Shown in pieces: positions 7,700-16,173 of a DNA stretch of 25,663 nucleotides. Made by a program: the position numbers and the translations under genes. The stretch is taken from NCBI GenBank assembly GCA_036498225.1, contig DASYFU010000175.1:1-25663 (forward strand), given 5' to 3'. How positions within the stretch are numbered: the stretch's first letter is position 1; each line of letters begins with the position of its first letter. The notes under the pieces are model-generated. The model made no database searches. It saw only the letters and a program-made list of their open reading frames with translations, and was not told the origin of the DNA. The DNA is from Gaiellaceae bacterium. GTDB lineage: Bacteria > Actinomycetota > Thermoleophilia > Gaiellales > Gaiellaceae.

Positions 7700-8980
7700 A
7701 TGCATCCTGAGCACCCCGTCCGCCTGGTCGTCCGGGACGACCTCCGCCGGAACAGGGCATCGGTCTTCTTCCGACTGATCCTCGCGATCCCGCACTTCAT
7801 CTGGATCTTCCTCTGGTCGATCGCGATGATCTTCGTCGCCATCGCGAACTGGCTGGTCACGCTCGTGACCGGCACGCCGAACGCGACGATGCACGGCTGG
7901 AGCTGCGCGTACGTCCGCTACTCGCTCCACCTCAACGCCTATCTGTACCTCGTCGGGAACCCGTACCCGGGCTTCATGGGCGAAGAGGGGGAATACCCGA
8001 TCGACGTGCGGCTGCCGGCACCGGCGCCGCAGCCTCGGTGGAAGACGTTCTTCCGCCTGTTCCTCGCCGTTCCGGCGCTCCTGCTCACCACGATGCTCGG
8101 CGGCGGAACCGGGTTCACCTACACGTCGAGGAGCGGCGGCTCGCGGTACTCGGGCTTCAGCGCGCGCGGGGCACTCGCTGCCGTGTGCGCGTTTCTCGGG
8201 TGGTTCGCGATCCTCGTGAAGGGCGAGATGCCGAAGGGCCTGCGCGACGCCTCCGCCTACGGCGTCGGCTACGGGGCGCAGACGGTCGCGTACCTCCTCT
8301 TCGTCACCGACCGGTACCCGGACGCCGATCCGACGGCGATGCTCGACGGCGTCGGGCGCCCGCCCGTTCACGTCGTTCGCGTGGTCGGCGACGCGGACGA
8401 TCTCCGCCTCTCGCGGGTGCTGGTGTTCTTCCGCCTCTTGCTTGCGATCCCCCACATCGTGTGGCTCGTTCTGTGGGGCGCCGCGACGATCATTGCGGTC
8501 ATCGCGAACTGGTTCGTGACGCTGTTCAGCGGGACGCCCGCACGTTCGCTGCACGCGTTCGTGTCGCGGTACGTGCGCTATCAGCTGCACGTGTACGCGT
8601 TCCTCTATCTCGCCGCGAATCCGTTCCCCGGCTTCACCGGCGCGCCCGGCAGCTACCCGCTCGACCTCGAGCTGCCCGGTCCGGCGCGACAGAACCGGTG
8701 GAAGACGGGGTTCCGGATCATCCTCGCCGTCCCGGCGTTCATCGTCAGCAGCGCCCTCGGTTACGGCCTCGGCGTCACCGCCTTCCTCACCTGGTTCGTC
8801 GGCCTCGCGCGCGGTTCAGCGCCGTGGGGGCTCCGCAACTTCGCCGCGTACGCGCTCCGCTATCAGGCGCAGGCGAACGCGTACGCCTCGCTCCTGACGG
8901 ACGCGTACCCGCACGCGAGCCCGCTCGAAGGTGCGCCGACACCGCAGCACGAGTTCGCCGAAGCAGCCGAAGCGACGTGA
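7700..8980 (+). CDS. DUF4389-like membrane protein with internal tandem duplication
   Basis: FFRLILAIPH...NWLVTLVTG...RY...AYLYL...YPGF module occurs twice; ATG 7700. Confidence 0.82.
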   Translation: MHPEHPVRLVVRDDLRRNRASVFFRLILAIPHFIWIFLWSIAMIFVAIANWLVTLVTGTPNATMHGWSCAYVRYSLHLNAYLYLVGNPYPGFMGEEGEYPIDVRLPAPAPQPRWKTFFRLFLAVPALLLTTMLGGGTGFTYTSRSGGSRYSGFSARGALAAVCAFLGWFAILVKGEMPKGLRDASAYGVGYGAQTVAYLLFVTDRYPDADPTAMLDGVGRPPVHVVRVVGDADDLRLSRVLVFFRLLLAIPHIVWLVLWGAATIIAVIANWFVTLFSGTPARSLHAFVSRYVRYQLHVYAFLYLAANPFPGFTGAPGSYPLDLELPGPARQNRWKTGFRIILAVPAFIVSSALGYGLGVTAFLTWFVGLARGSAPWGLRNFAAYALRYQAQANAYASLLTDAYPHASPLEGAPTPQHEFAEAAEAT

Positions 8981-10188
8981 CCGCCACTCGCGCGGCGCTT
9001 GCCGCCGCGCTCGCCGCAGCGTGGGCGGCTGCAGCATGGTTCCTGTGGCGCACGACCGTCCCTGCGTCGCTCCACCTTCCGCACGTCGACGAGCACCGCT
9101 TCTTCACCGCGGCGCAACTCCATGCGGCTGCGAGCTTCTCCACCGTCTCCGACCTGCTTTTCTGGGGCTCGACGCTCGCGCAAATCGCTGCGCTCGTCGC
9201 GTTTGCGCGCTGGGGAGCACGGTGGGCGCGCGAATCGGCCGCCGGCCCGCTCGGCACGGGGATGCTGCTCGGGATGCTCGGGTTCGCGCTCGTCTGGGCC
9301 GCCCAGCAGCCGCTCTCCGTCGTCGACCTCTGGTGGCAGCGCCGGCACGGGCTCTCGAGCGTCGGCTACGCATCGTTCGTCTTCGGGGACTGGTTCGCGC
9401 TCGGCGGCCAGTTCGTCTTCCTCTGCGTCGCGCTCGCGATCGTCATGGGCCTCGCGCGCCGCCTGCGGCGCAACTGGTGGCTGTTGGCCGCGCCCGCGTT
9501 CGTCGGGCTCGCGCTGCTGTTCGCGTTGGTCGACCCGTATCTCATCGGGACGCACCGCCTCGCCGACCAGAAGCTGCAGCTGATCGCCGCCCAGCTCGAG
9601 CGGAAGGAGGGCGTCGGTCACGTTCCGGTGGTAGTCGACCGAATTCACGACGTCACGTCGCTGCCGAACGCCGAAGCGGTGGGCATCGGGCCGACGAGGC
9701 GTGTCGTCCTCTTCGACACGCTCCTCGATGGCCGCTTCACGACGGGCGAGCTGAAGGTCGTCATGGCGCACGAGCTCGGGCACCTCGCGCGCAACCACAT
9801 CTGGAAGGACGTCGGGTGGTACGCGCTGTTCGCGTTCCCGGGCACGTTCCTGCTCGGCCTCTTCGCGCGGCGCCGCGGTGGGATGGGGGAGCCGGAGGCG
9901 ATTCCGCTTGCGCTCCTCGCGCTCGTCGTCCTTCAGCTGTTAGCGGTGCCTCTGCAGAACGCGATCAGCCGTCACATGGAGTCCGAGGCCGACTGGCGCG
10001 CGCTCGTCACGACGCGCGACCCGCGGGACGCGATCGGGCTCTTCCGCCGCTTCGTCCCCGCGACGCTCGATGAGCCGAACCCGTCGACGTGGGACTACAT
10101 CTGGGAGGAGAACCACCCCACCATCGTGCAGCGGATCGCGATGGCGGAGGCGTGGCAGGCCTACGTCCGGCGGCCCGGTCACGCTTGA
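8977..10188 (+). CDS. M48-family (STE24/HtpX-like) membrane zinc metallopeptidase
   Basis: VMAHELGH (HEXXH), downstream ISRHMESEAD (third ligand E) and ENHPTIVQRIA; GTGA overlap with upstream gene. Confidence 0.92.
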   Translation: MTATRAALAAALAAAWAAAAWFLWRTTVPASLHLPHVDEHRFFTAAQLHAAASFSTVSDLLFWGSTLAQIAALVAFARWGARWARESAAGPLGTGMLLGMLGFALVWAAQQPLSVVDLWWQRRHGLSSVGYASFVFGDWFALGGQFVFLCVALAIVMGLARRLRRNWWLLAAPAFVGLALLFALVDPYLIGTHRLADQKLQLIAAQLERKEGVGHVPVVVDRIHDVTSLPNAEAVGIGPTRRVVLFDTLLDGRFTTGELKVVMAHELGHLARNHIWKDVGWYALFAFPGTFLLGLFARRRGGMGEPEAIPLALLALVVLQLLAVPLQNAISRHMESEADWRALVTTRDPRDAIGLFRRFVPATLDEPNPSTWDYIWEENHPTIVQRIAMAEAWQAYVRRPGHA

Positions 10189-10191
10189 GCC

Positions 10192-10611
10192 ATGGAGACT
10201 GCGGCAGGCGCGTACGGCGGTCCCCGCGCGGGCTTCTGGCGGCGGTTCGCCGCCGCCCTCATCGACGGCATCATCGTCGGCGTCGTTGCCGGCATCCTCG
10301 AGGCGGCGCTGCACAGCACCGGCTACTTCATCGGCGTCGTCATCGGCGTCGCCTACTACGGGTGGCTCGAAGGCGGTGCCTCCGGCCAGACGCTCGGTAA
10401 GCGCGCCATGGGCATCCGCGTGTACGACCTGCGCGGCCGCGGGCCGATCGGTTTCGGTCGCGGCGTCGGCCGCTATTTCGCGCGCATCCTGTCCGCGATT
10501 CCGCTCTTCCTCGGCTACTTCTGGATGCTCTGGGACTCCGAGAAGCAGACCTGGCACGACAAGATCGTCGGCACCGTCGTCGTGCCGGTAGACGCGTATC
10601 CCATCGGCTAG
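10192..10611 (+). CDS. RDD family membrane protein
   Basis: AGFWRRFAAALID, GQTLGKRAMGIRV, KQTWHDKIVGTVVV. Confidence 0.92.
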   Translation: METAAGAYGGPRAGFWRRFAAALIDGIIVGVVAGILEAALHSTGYFIGVVIGVAYYGWLEGGASGQTLGKRAMGIRVYDLRGRGPIGFGRGVGRYFARILSAIPLFLGYFWMLWDSEKQTWHDKIVGTVVVPVDAYPIG

Positions 10612-12413
10612 GCGACGTCCGCGGCCCAGTCGCCGTAGAGCGACGTGTACAGGCCGCGGCGCGCGAGCAGCTGCTCGTGCGAGCCCTGCTCGACGATCAG
10701 GCCGTGCTCGAGGACGACGATCAGGTCGGCGTCGCGGATCGTCGACAGGCGATGCGCGATGACGAACGCCGTGCGCTCGGCGAGCAGGATGCGCAGGGCC
10801 TGCTCGATCTTCCGCTCGGTGCCGATGTCGACCGACGACGTCGCCTCGTCGAGGATGAGGATGCGCGGGTCGGCCAGCAGCGCGCGTGCGAAGGCGACGA
10901 GCTGCCGCTGGCCGAGGGACAGGCGCGAGCCGCGCTCGCCGAGCTGCGTCTCGTAGCCGTCCTCGAGCCGCAGGATGAAGTCGTGCGCGCCGACGAGCTG
11001 CGCCGCGCGGACGATCGCGTCCGCGTCCGCGCCGGGCTTCCCGAAGGCGATGTTCTCCGCGACGGTTCCTGCGAAGAGGAAGCCTTCCTGCGGGACGACG
11101 CCGAGCTGCGCGCGGAGCGACTGCTGGGTGACGTCGTTGAGGTCGAGGCCGTCGATCATGATCCGGCCGCCTGTCGGCTCGTAGAAGCGGGCGAGCAGCT
11201 TCGCGATCGTGGATTTGCCCGCACCGGTATGGCCGACGAGCGCGACCGTCGTTCCGGCGGGAACGTCGAGGTCGAGCCCGTGCAGCACCTCGTCCCCGCG
11301 GCCGTAGGCGAAGCGAACGCCCTCGAAACGGACGTTGCCCGCGATCGCCGGTAGGTCACCTGCGCCCGGCCGGTCCTCAACCTCGGGCCGCTGCTCGAGG
11401 ATGCCGATGATCTTGTCGAGCGCCGCGGTCGCCGAGAGGAACGTGTTGTAGAGCTGCGACAGCTGCTGCACCGGGTCGAAGAAGTTCTGCACGTAGAGCA
11501 TGAAGGCGAAGAGCGTGCCGAGTGAAATCGAGTGATTGAAGTACAGGTGGCCGCCATAGCCGAGCACCACGGCGAGCGCGACCGTCGACAGGAAGTCGAC
11601 GAACGGGAAGTACACGCCGTTCAGCACGACCGTCTGCATGTTCGACTCGCGGTAGCGCTTCGCGACCTCGCGGAAGTTCGCGTACGCGGCGTCCTCGCGC
11701 GTGAACGCCTGCACGACGCGCATGCCGGAGATGTCCTCGGCCAGCGTCGCCGTGACGAGGCCGAGCCGTTCGCGCACGTCTGCGTAGGCGCTCGCGGAGT
11801 GCTTGCGGAAGATCACGGTCGCGACGCTCATGAGCGGGATGACCGCGCACGTCGCGAGCGCGAGCCGCCAGTCGAGGATGAACAGCAGCACTGCGGTGCC
11901 GGCGAGCGTGAGCGTGCTCTGCACGAGCGTCGTCACGCCGTCGGTGACGAGCTGATCGATCGCCTCGACGTCGTTCGTGAGCCGGCTGATGATCACACCT
12001 GCGCGATTGCGCTCGTAGAAGCCGAGCGACAGGCGCTGCAGGTGCCCGAAGAGCTGCTTGCGCAGGTCGGCGAGGATCCGCTCGCCGACCCAGCCGGTGA
12101 GGTACGTCTCGACGTACGTCATTCCCCAGTTGGCGAGGCCTGCGGCGACGAAGATGACGACGACGATCTCGAGCTTCGCGCCGGTGTGGCCGTTGATCGC
12201 GTCGTCGAGCGCGTACTTCGCGAGGTACGGCGGCGCGAGCGCCGTCGCCGTCGCAGTCAGGAGCGAGATGACCGATAGCCCGGTGCGGCCGCGGTACGGC
12301 CGCGTCAGCCGCCAGAGCGTCCCGAACCGGCGCCTCGTCGTCCGCCAGGACCAATCCTCGACATCGGCGTCGCGCTCGCGCATCAGGCTGCTGCCGGGCT
12401 GGTGAACCCTCAT
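10608..12413 (-). CDS. ABC exporter subunit (TMD+NBD), heterodimer partner B
   Basis: Walker A GHTGAGKST, signature LSLGQ, Walker B ILILDEATSSVD, H-loop IAHRLST; ATGA coupling at 12410-12413. Confidence 0.93.
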   Translation of the reverse strand: MRVHQPGSSLMRERDADVEDWSWRTTRRRFGTLWRLTRPYRGRTGLSVISLLTATATALAPPYLAKYALDDAINGHTGAKLEIVVVIFVAAGLANWGMTYVETYLTGWVGERILADLRKQLFGHLQRLSLGFYERNRAGVIISRLTNDVEAIDQLVTDGVTTLVQSTLTLAGTAVLLFILDWRLALATCAVIPLMSVATVIFRKHSASAYADVRERLGLVTATLAEDISGMRVVQAFTREDAAYANFREVAKRYRESNMQTVVLNGVYFPFVDFLSTVALAVVLGYGGHLYFNHSISLGTLFAFMLYVQNFFDPVQQLSQLYNTFLSATAALDKIIGILEQRPEVEDRPGAGDLPAIAGNVRFEGVRFAYGRGDEVLHGLDLDVPAGTTVALVGHTGAGKSTIAKLLARFYEPTGGRIMIDGLDLNDVTQQSLRAQLGVVPQEGFLFAGTVAENIAFGKPGADADAIVRAAQLVGAHDFILRLEDGYETQLGERGSRLSLGQRQLVAFARALLADPRILILDEATSSVDIGTERKIEQALRILLAERTAFVIAHRLSTIRDADLIVVLEHGLIVEQGSHEQLLARRGLYTSLYGDWAADVA

Positions 12414-14194
12414 GCCACGTCCGCCCGCGCCTCGACTGCGTCCGCGAACTGCCGCTCGAGCAGGCCGTGCTCGTAAATCTCGCGGTAGACCGCGCTCGTG
12501 CCGACGAGCTCGTCGTGCGTCCCGCGCGCGGCGATGCGCCCGTCGGCGAGGACGACGATCTCGTCCGCGAGCGCGATCGTCGAGAGGCGGTGCGCAATGA
12601 TCAGCGTCGTCCGGCCCTCCATGGCGGTGCGGAGCCCGGTTCGGATCTGCGCTTCGGTCGACGCGTCGACCGACGCGGTCGCATCGTCGAGGATGAGGAC
12701 GCGCGGGTCGACCGCGAGCGCGCGCGCGATGGCGATCCGCTGGCGCTGGCCGCCTGAGAGCGTGATGCCGCGCTCGCCGATGACGGTGTCGTAGCCCTGC
12801 GGCAGCCGCTCGACGAACTCGTGCGCCTGCGCGAGCCGCGAGACGCGCTCGACCTCCCCGTCGGAGATGCCGGCGCTGCCGAACGCGATGTTCTCCCGGA
12901 CGGTGGCGGAGAAGAGGAACGGATCCTGTGCGATCACGCCGATCGCGCTGCGGAGCGAGGTGAGCGTCACGTCGCGGACGTCCTGGCCGTCCACGGTGAT
13001 GCGTCCGGCGGTCGCGTCGTAGAAGCGCGGGACGAGCGAGGTGAGCGTCGTCTTGCCCGAGCCCGTGTGGCCGATGAGCGCGACCGTCCGCCCCGCCGCG
13101 ATGTCGAGATCGATGTCCTGGAGTACGGGCCGGCCCGGCTGGTACTCGAACGAGACGTGCTCGAAGCGGACACGACCGGGGCCTGGCCCCAGACGTGTCG
13201 CGGCGGGACGATCGGCGATCTCCTCCGGCTCGTCGATCACCTGAAAGATGCGCTCGCCGGAGGCCGTCGCCCTCTGCGCCTGGCCGATCCACATGCCGAG
13301 CGAGCGCAACGGCGTGACGAGCATGCCGAGGTAGAGGAAGATCGCGCTGAAGCTGCCCGGCGTGAGGTCGCCGCGCGCGACCATGCGGGCGCCGACGAGC
13401 AGGACGAACGCCTGCGCGAGCAGTGGCACGAAGGAGATGAGCGGCACGTACGTCGCGCGCTGGCGGTTCGCCTTCAGCGTCTGGTCGAAGACGAGCTCCG
13501 ACCGGTACTCGAACTTGTCCTCCTCTGCCGGCTCCTGCGCGAAGGCCTTCACGACGTGGACGCCGACGATGTTCTCCTCCGCGACGGTGGCGACGTCGGC
13601 GAGGCGCTGCTGCACATCGCGCAGCGTCGGATGCGCAATGTGGCTGTACCGGTACGCGAGGACCACGAGCGGCGGCGTGATCGCGAGCGCGATGAGCGCG
13701 AGCTCCCACTGGAAGAAGAAGAGAACGACGGTCACCGAGACGACGGTGAGCACGTTCTGGAAGAAGAAGATGAGGCCGTACCCGAGGAAGAAGCGGACGC
13801 CCTGCAGGTCGACGGTCGCACGCGACATGAGCTGCCCGGTCTGATGGCGGTCGTAGAAGCCGTACGACAGACGGACGAGGCGCGCGTACAAGTGACTGCG
13901 CATGTCCATCTCGACGTCGAGCGCCTGCTTGCCCGAGAGGAGGCGCCGCCCGAGCATGAACGCGGCCCGGGCGAAGCCGAGGGCGACGATCTCGCCGACG
14001 GTCAGCCAGAGGCGATGGTGGTCGTGGTGGATGAGCGCGCCGTCGATGACATTGCGGCCCGTAAGCCAGACAAGCGCGATCTGCGCCGCCTGCGAGCCGA
14101 CGGCGAGGACGATGGAGATAGCGACGCCGACCCGGTAGGGACGGAGGAAGCCGAGCAGACGCACGAACGTCGCCCGGTACGGGACGGCACTCAC
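12410..14194 (-). CDS. ABC exporter subunit (TMD+NBD), heterodimer partner A
   Basis: Walker A GHTGSGKTT, signature LSGGQ, Walker B VLILDDATASVD, H-loop IAHRLST. Confidence 0.93.
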   Translation of the reverse strand: MSAVPYRATFVRLLGFLRPYRVGVAISIVLAVGSQAAQIALVWLTGRNVIDGALIHHDHHRLWLTVGEIVALGFARAAFMLGRRLLSGKQALDVEMDMRSHLYARLVRLSYGFYDRHQTGQLMSRATVDLQGVRFFLGYGLIFFFQNVLTVVSVTVVLFFFQWELALIALAITPPLVVLAYRYSHIAHPTLRDVQQRLADVATVAEENIVGVHVVKAFAQEPAEEDKFEYRSELVFDQTLKANRQRATYVPLISFVPLLAQAFVLLVGARMVARGDLTPGSFSAIFLYLGMLVTPLRSLGMWIGQAQRATASGERIFQVIDEPEEIADRPAATRLGPGPGRVRFEHVSFEYQPGRPVLQDIDLDIAAGRTVALIGHTGSGKTTLTSLVPRFYDATAGRITVDGQDVRDVTLTSLRSAIGVIAQDPFLFSATVRENIAFGSAGISDGEVERVSRLAQAHEFVERLPQGYDTVIGERGITLSGGQRQRIAIARALAVDPRVLILDDATASVDASTEAQIRTGLRTAMEGRTTLIIAHRLSTIALADEIVVLADGRIAARGTHDELVGTSAVYREIYEHGLLERQFADAVEARADVA

Positions 14195-14198
14195 CTTC

Positions 14199-14807
14199 TC
14201 AATGTAGACGCGAGAGCTCCTCTCGCACGAGCGTGAGCGCGCGCTCGAGCCGCACGCGATTCGCCGGAACGTTCGGCCAGCTGCTCGCTCCCGAGGGATG
14301 CGGCAGCGGGACGACGGGGACGCCGTCGAGCTCGTACCGCTCGCCGATGCACTCGGTCAGCGATGCGGGAAGGCCGAGGAGCTGCCGAAGCGCGAGGCCG
14401 CCCGCCGTGACGATCAGCCCTGGTCGGAGGAGCTCGAGCTCCCACGGGCGCCAGAACGCGCACAGCTCTTGCTCACGCGGTGACGGCGCGCGGTCGCCGC
14501 GGCCCGACGCGGCGCGACCGGGATAGCAGCGCGTCACCGATGCGCAGTAGAACGTCGCGTAGAACGCGTCCTCGTCCAGCTCGAGCCAGCGCCGCAGCGT
14601 CTGTCCGGCGCGACCGCGCCACGGCAAGCGTTCGTCGCCCTCGACGATGCCGGGCGCCTGGCCGTACAGGTACGCATGTTGCTGCGCGAACGGCGCGCGC
14701 ACCGGCAGCGACTCGAGCGGGAAACCGGCCTCCGTGCACGCGCGGCAGCCCGATAGGTCGCGGTGGAGCGATGCGATCGACCGATACGCTGTTTTTCGAG
14801 TGGTCAT
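14199..14807 (-). CDS. Uracil-DNA glycosylase superfamily protein (family 4/5-like, probable Fe-S)
   Basis: CRAC, GQAPG, RCYPG, ELC and LPHPSG motifs; ATG 14807 (alternative TTG 14840). Confidence 0.88.
   Translation of the reverse strand: MTTRKTAYRSIASLHRDLSGCRACTEAGFPLESLPVRAPFAQQHAYLYGQAPGIVEGDERLPWRGRAGQTLRRWLELDEDAFYATFYCASVTRCYPGRAASGRGDRAPSPREQELCAFWRPWELELLRPGLIVTAGGLALRQLLGLPASLTECIGERYELDGVPVVPLPHPSGASSWPNVPANRVRLERALTLVREELSRLH
14201..14206 (-). promoter_or_regulatory. Putative -10 (TACATT) of leaderless ABC-operon transcript
   Basis: TANNNT-N6-GTG, embedded in the last codons of the UDG-like gene. Confidence 0.6.
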
Positions 14808-15285
14808 GCGCGATCTCTTCTCGTTTCCGAATCCCGTCAACGAGACGTCCGCACGGCTCGTCGCGGGCGTCGTCGCCGTGCTCGCCGTCGCGGCGATCGC
14901 ATTCCAGCAGGGCTGGATCCTGCCCGTGCTCGCCTACGGCTTCGTCGCGCGCGCCCTGACCGGGCCGAAGCTCAGCCCGCTCGCGCTCGTGGCGACGCGC
15001 GTCGTCACGCCGAGGCTGCACGTCGTGCATCGGTTCTCGCCCGGGCCGGCGAAGCGCTTTGCGCAGACGATCGGCGCCGTCTTCACGACGACGGCCGCGC
15101 TCCTCTGGTACGTCGCCGCCCAGCACACGGCAGCGCTCGTCCTCGCGGGGGTCATCGCCGTGTTCGCGTCGCTCGAGTCCGGGCTCGGGCTCTGCGTCGG
15201 CTGCAAGGCGTTCTACCTCGGCATGCGCCTCGGGATCGTCCCGCCGAGCGTCTGCGAGGACTGCGCGCCCTTTATCTCGGCGTAG
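14806..15285 (+). CDS. DUF4395-like membrane protein
   Basis: LFSFPNPVNETSARLVAG, PAKRFAQTIG, LESGLGLCVGC, C-terminal CEDC. Confidence 0.85.
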   Translation: MRDLFSFPNPVNETSARLVAGVVAVLAVAAIAFQQGWILPVLAYGFVARALTGPKLSPLALVATRVVTPRLHVVHRFSPGPAKRFAQTIGAVFTTTAALLWYVAAQHTAALVLAGVIAVFASLESGLGLCVGCKAFYLGMRLGIVPPSVCEDCAPFISA

Positions 15286-15288
15286 TCT
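15283..15288 (+). promoter_or_regulatory. Putative -10 (TAGTCT) for leaderless formimidoyltransferase mRNA
   Basis: TANNNT-N6-GTG; the TAG is the DUF4395 stop codon. Confidence 0.6.
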
Positions 15289-15294
15289 CTGCGC

Positions 15295-16173
15295 GTGCTC
15301 CCGCTCGAGAGCGTCCCGAACTTCTCCGAAGGCCGCGATACCGCGGTGATCGCCGAAATCGGTGATGCGCTCGCGCGCTACGCACGGCTGCTGGACGTCC
15401 ATGCGGACGCCGACCACAACCGGTCGGTCTTCACCATCGTCGGCGACGAGGCCGCGATCGTCGATGCGCTTCTCGCCGGCATTGCGGTCGCGCAGGAGCG
15501 CATCGACCTCCGCGGGCACGAGGGAGTGCATCCCCGCATCGGCGCCGCCGACGTCGTCCCCGTGATCGCGATACGTCCCGAGGATGCCGAGCTCGCACGG
15601 GAGACAGCTCGGATCGCCGCCGAGCGCATCGGCAACGAGCTCGAGCTCCCGGTCTTCCTGTACGGCGAGGTCGGCGACGGACGCGCGCCCGCGTTCTTCC
15701 GTCGCGGCGGGACGGACGAGCTGCAACGCCGCATCGACGAAGGCGAGCTTGCGCCGGACTTCGGCCCGCCGCGGCTCGATCCGGCAGCGGGGGGCGTCAT
15801 CGTCGGCGCGCGCCGGCCGCTCATCGCCTTCAACGTCAACCTCGCGCACGCCGACGTCGATGCGGCGCGGGAGATCGCCCGCGTCGTGCGCGAGCGCGAC
15901 GGCGGCTTTCCCGGCGTTCGCGCGCTCGGGCTCGAACTGCCTCAGGCGGGCCACGCGCAGATCAGCATGAACGTCGAGGACTGGGAAGCGGCGGCGCTGC
16001 ACGACATCGTCGCTGCGATCGAGCGCGAGGCGGCCGCGCGTGGCGTCGAGCTCGCGGGCGCCGAGCTCGTCGGGCTCATGCCGGCGGGTGCGGCCGCCGC
16101 CGCGGCCGGCGCGCTGTTGCGCATCCAGGGCTTCGACGCGTCACACGTTCTCGAGCTGCGCCTGCTCGAGTAG
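15295..16173 (+). CDS. ftcd: Glutamate formimidoyltransferase (stand-alone FT domain)
   Basis: LESVPNFSEGRD, DADHNRSVFT, GVHPRIGAADVVP, GARRPLIAFNVNL, QISMN. Confidence 0.93.
   Translation: MLPLESVPNFSEGRDTAVIAEIGDALARYARLLDVHADADHNRSVFTIVGDEAAIVDALLAGIAVAQERIDLRGHEGVHPRIGAADVVPVIAIRPEDAELARETARIAAERIGNELELPVFLYGEVGDGRAPAFFRRGGTDELQRRIDEGELAPDFGPPRLDPAAGGVIVGARRPLIAFNVNLAHADVDAAREIARVVRERDGGFPGVRALGLELPQAGHAQISMNVEDWEAAALHDIVAAIEREAAARGVELAGAELVGLMPAGAAAAAAGALLRIQGFDASHVLELRLLE

Noticed and set aside
12414-13709. Apparent 1033-aa ABC protein with a long N-terminal extension
   Set aside because: The extension is an alternative frame of the upstream ABC gene; the real start is the ATGA-coupled ATG at 12413.
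14199-14807. UdgX (covalent uracil-binding) assignment
   Set aside because: The diagnostic KRRIH R-loop is absent.
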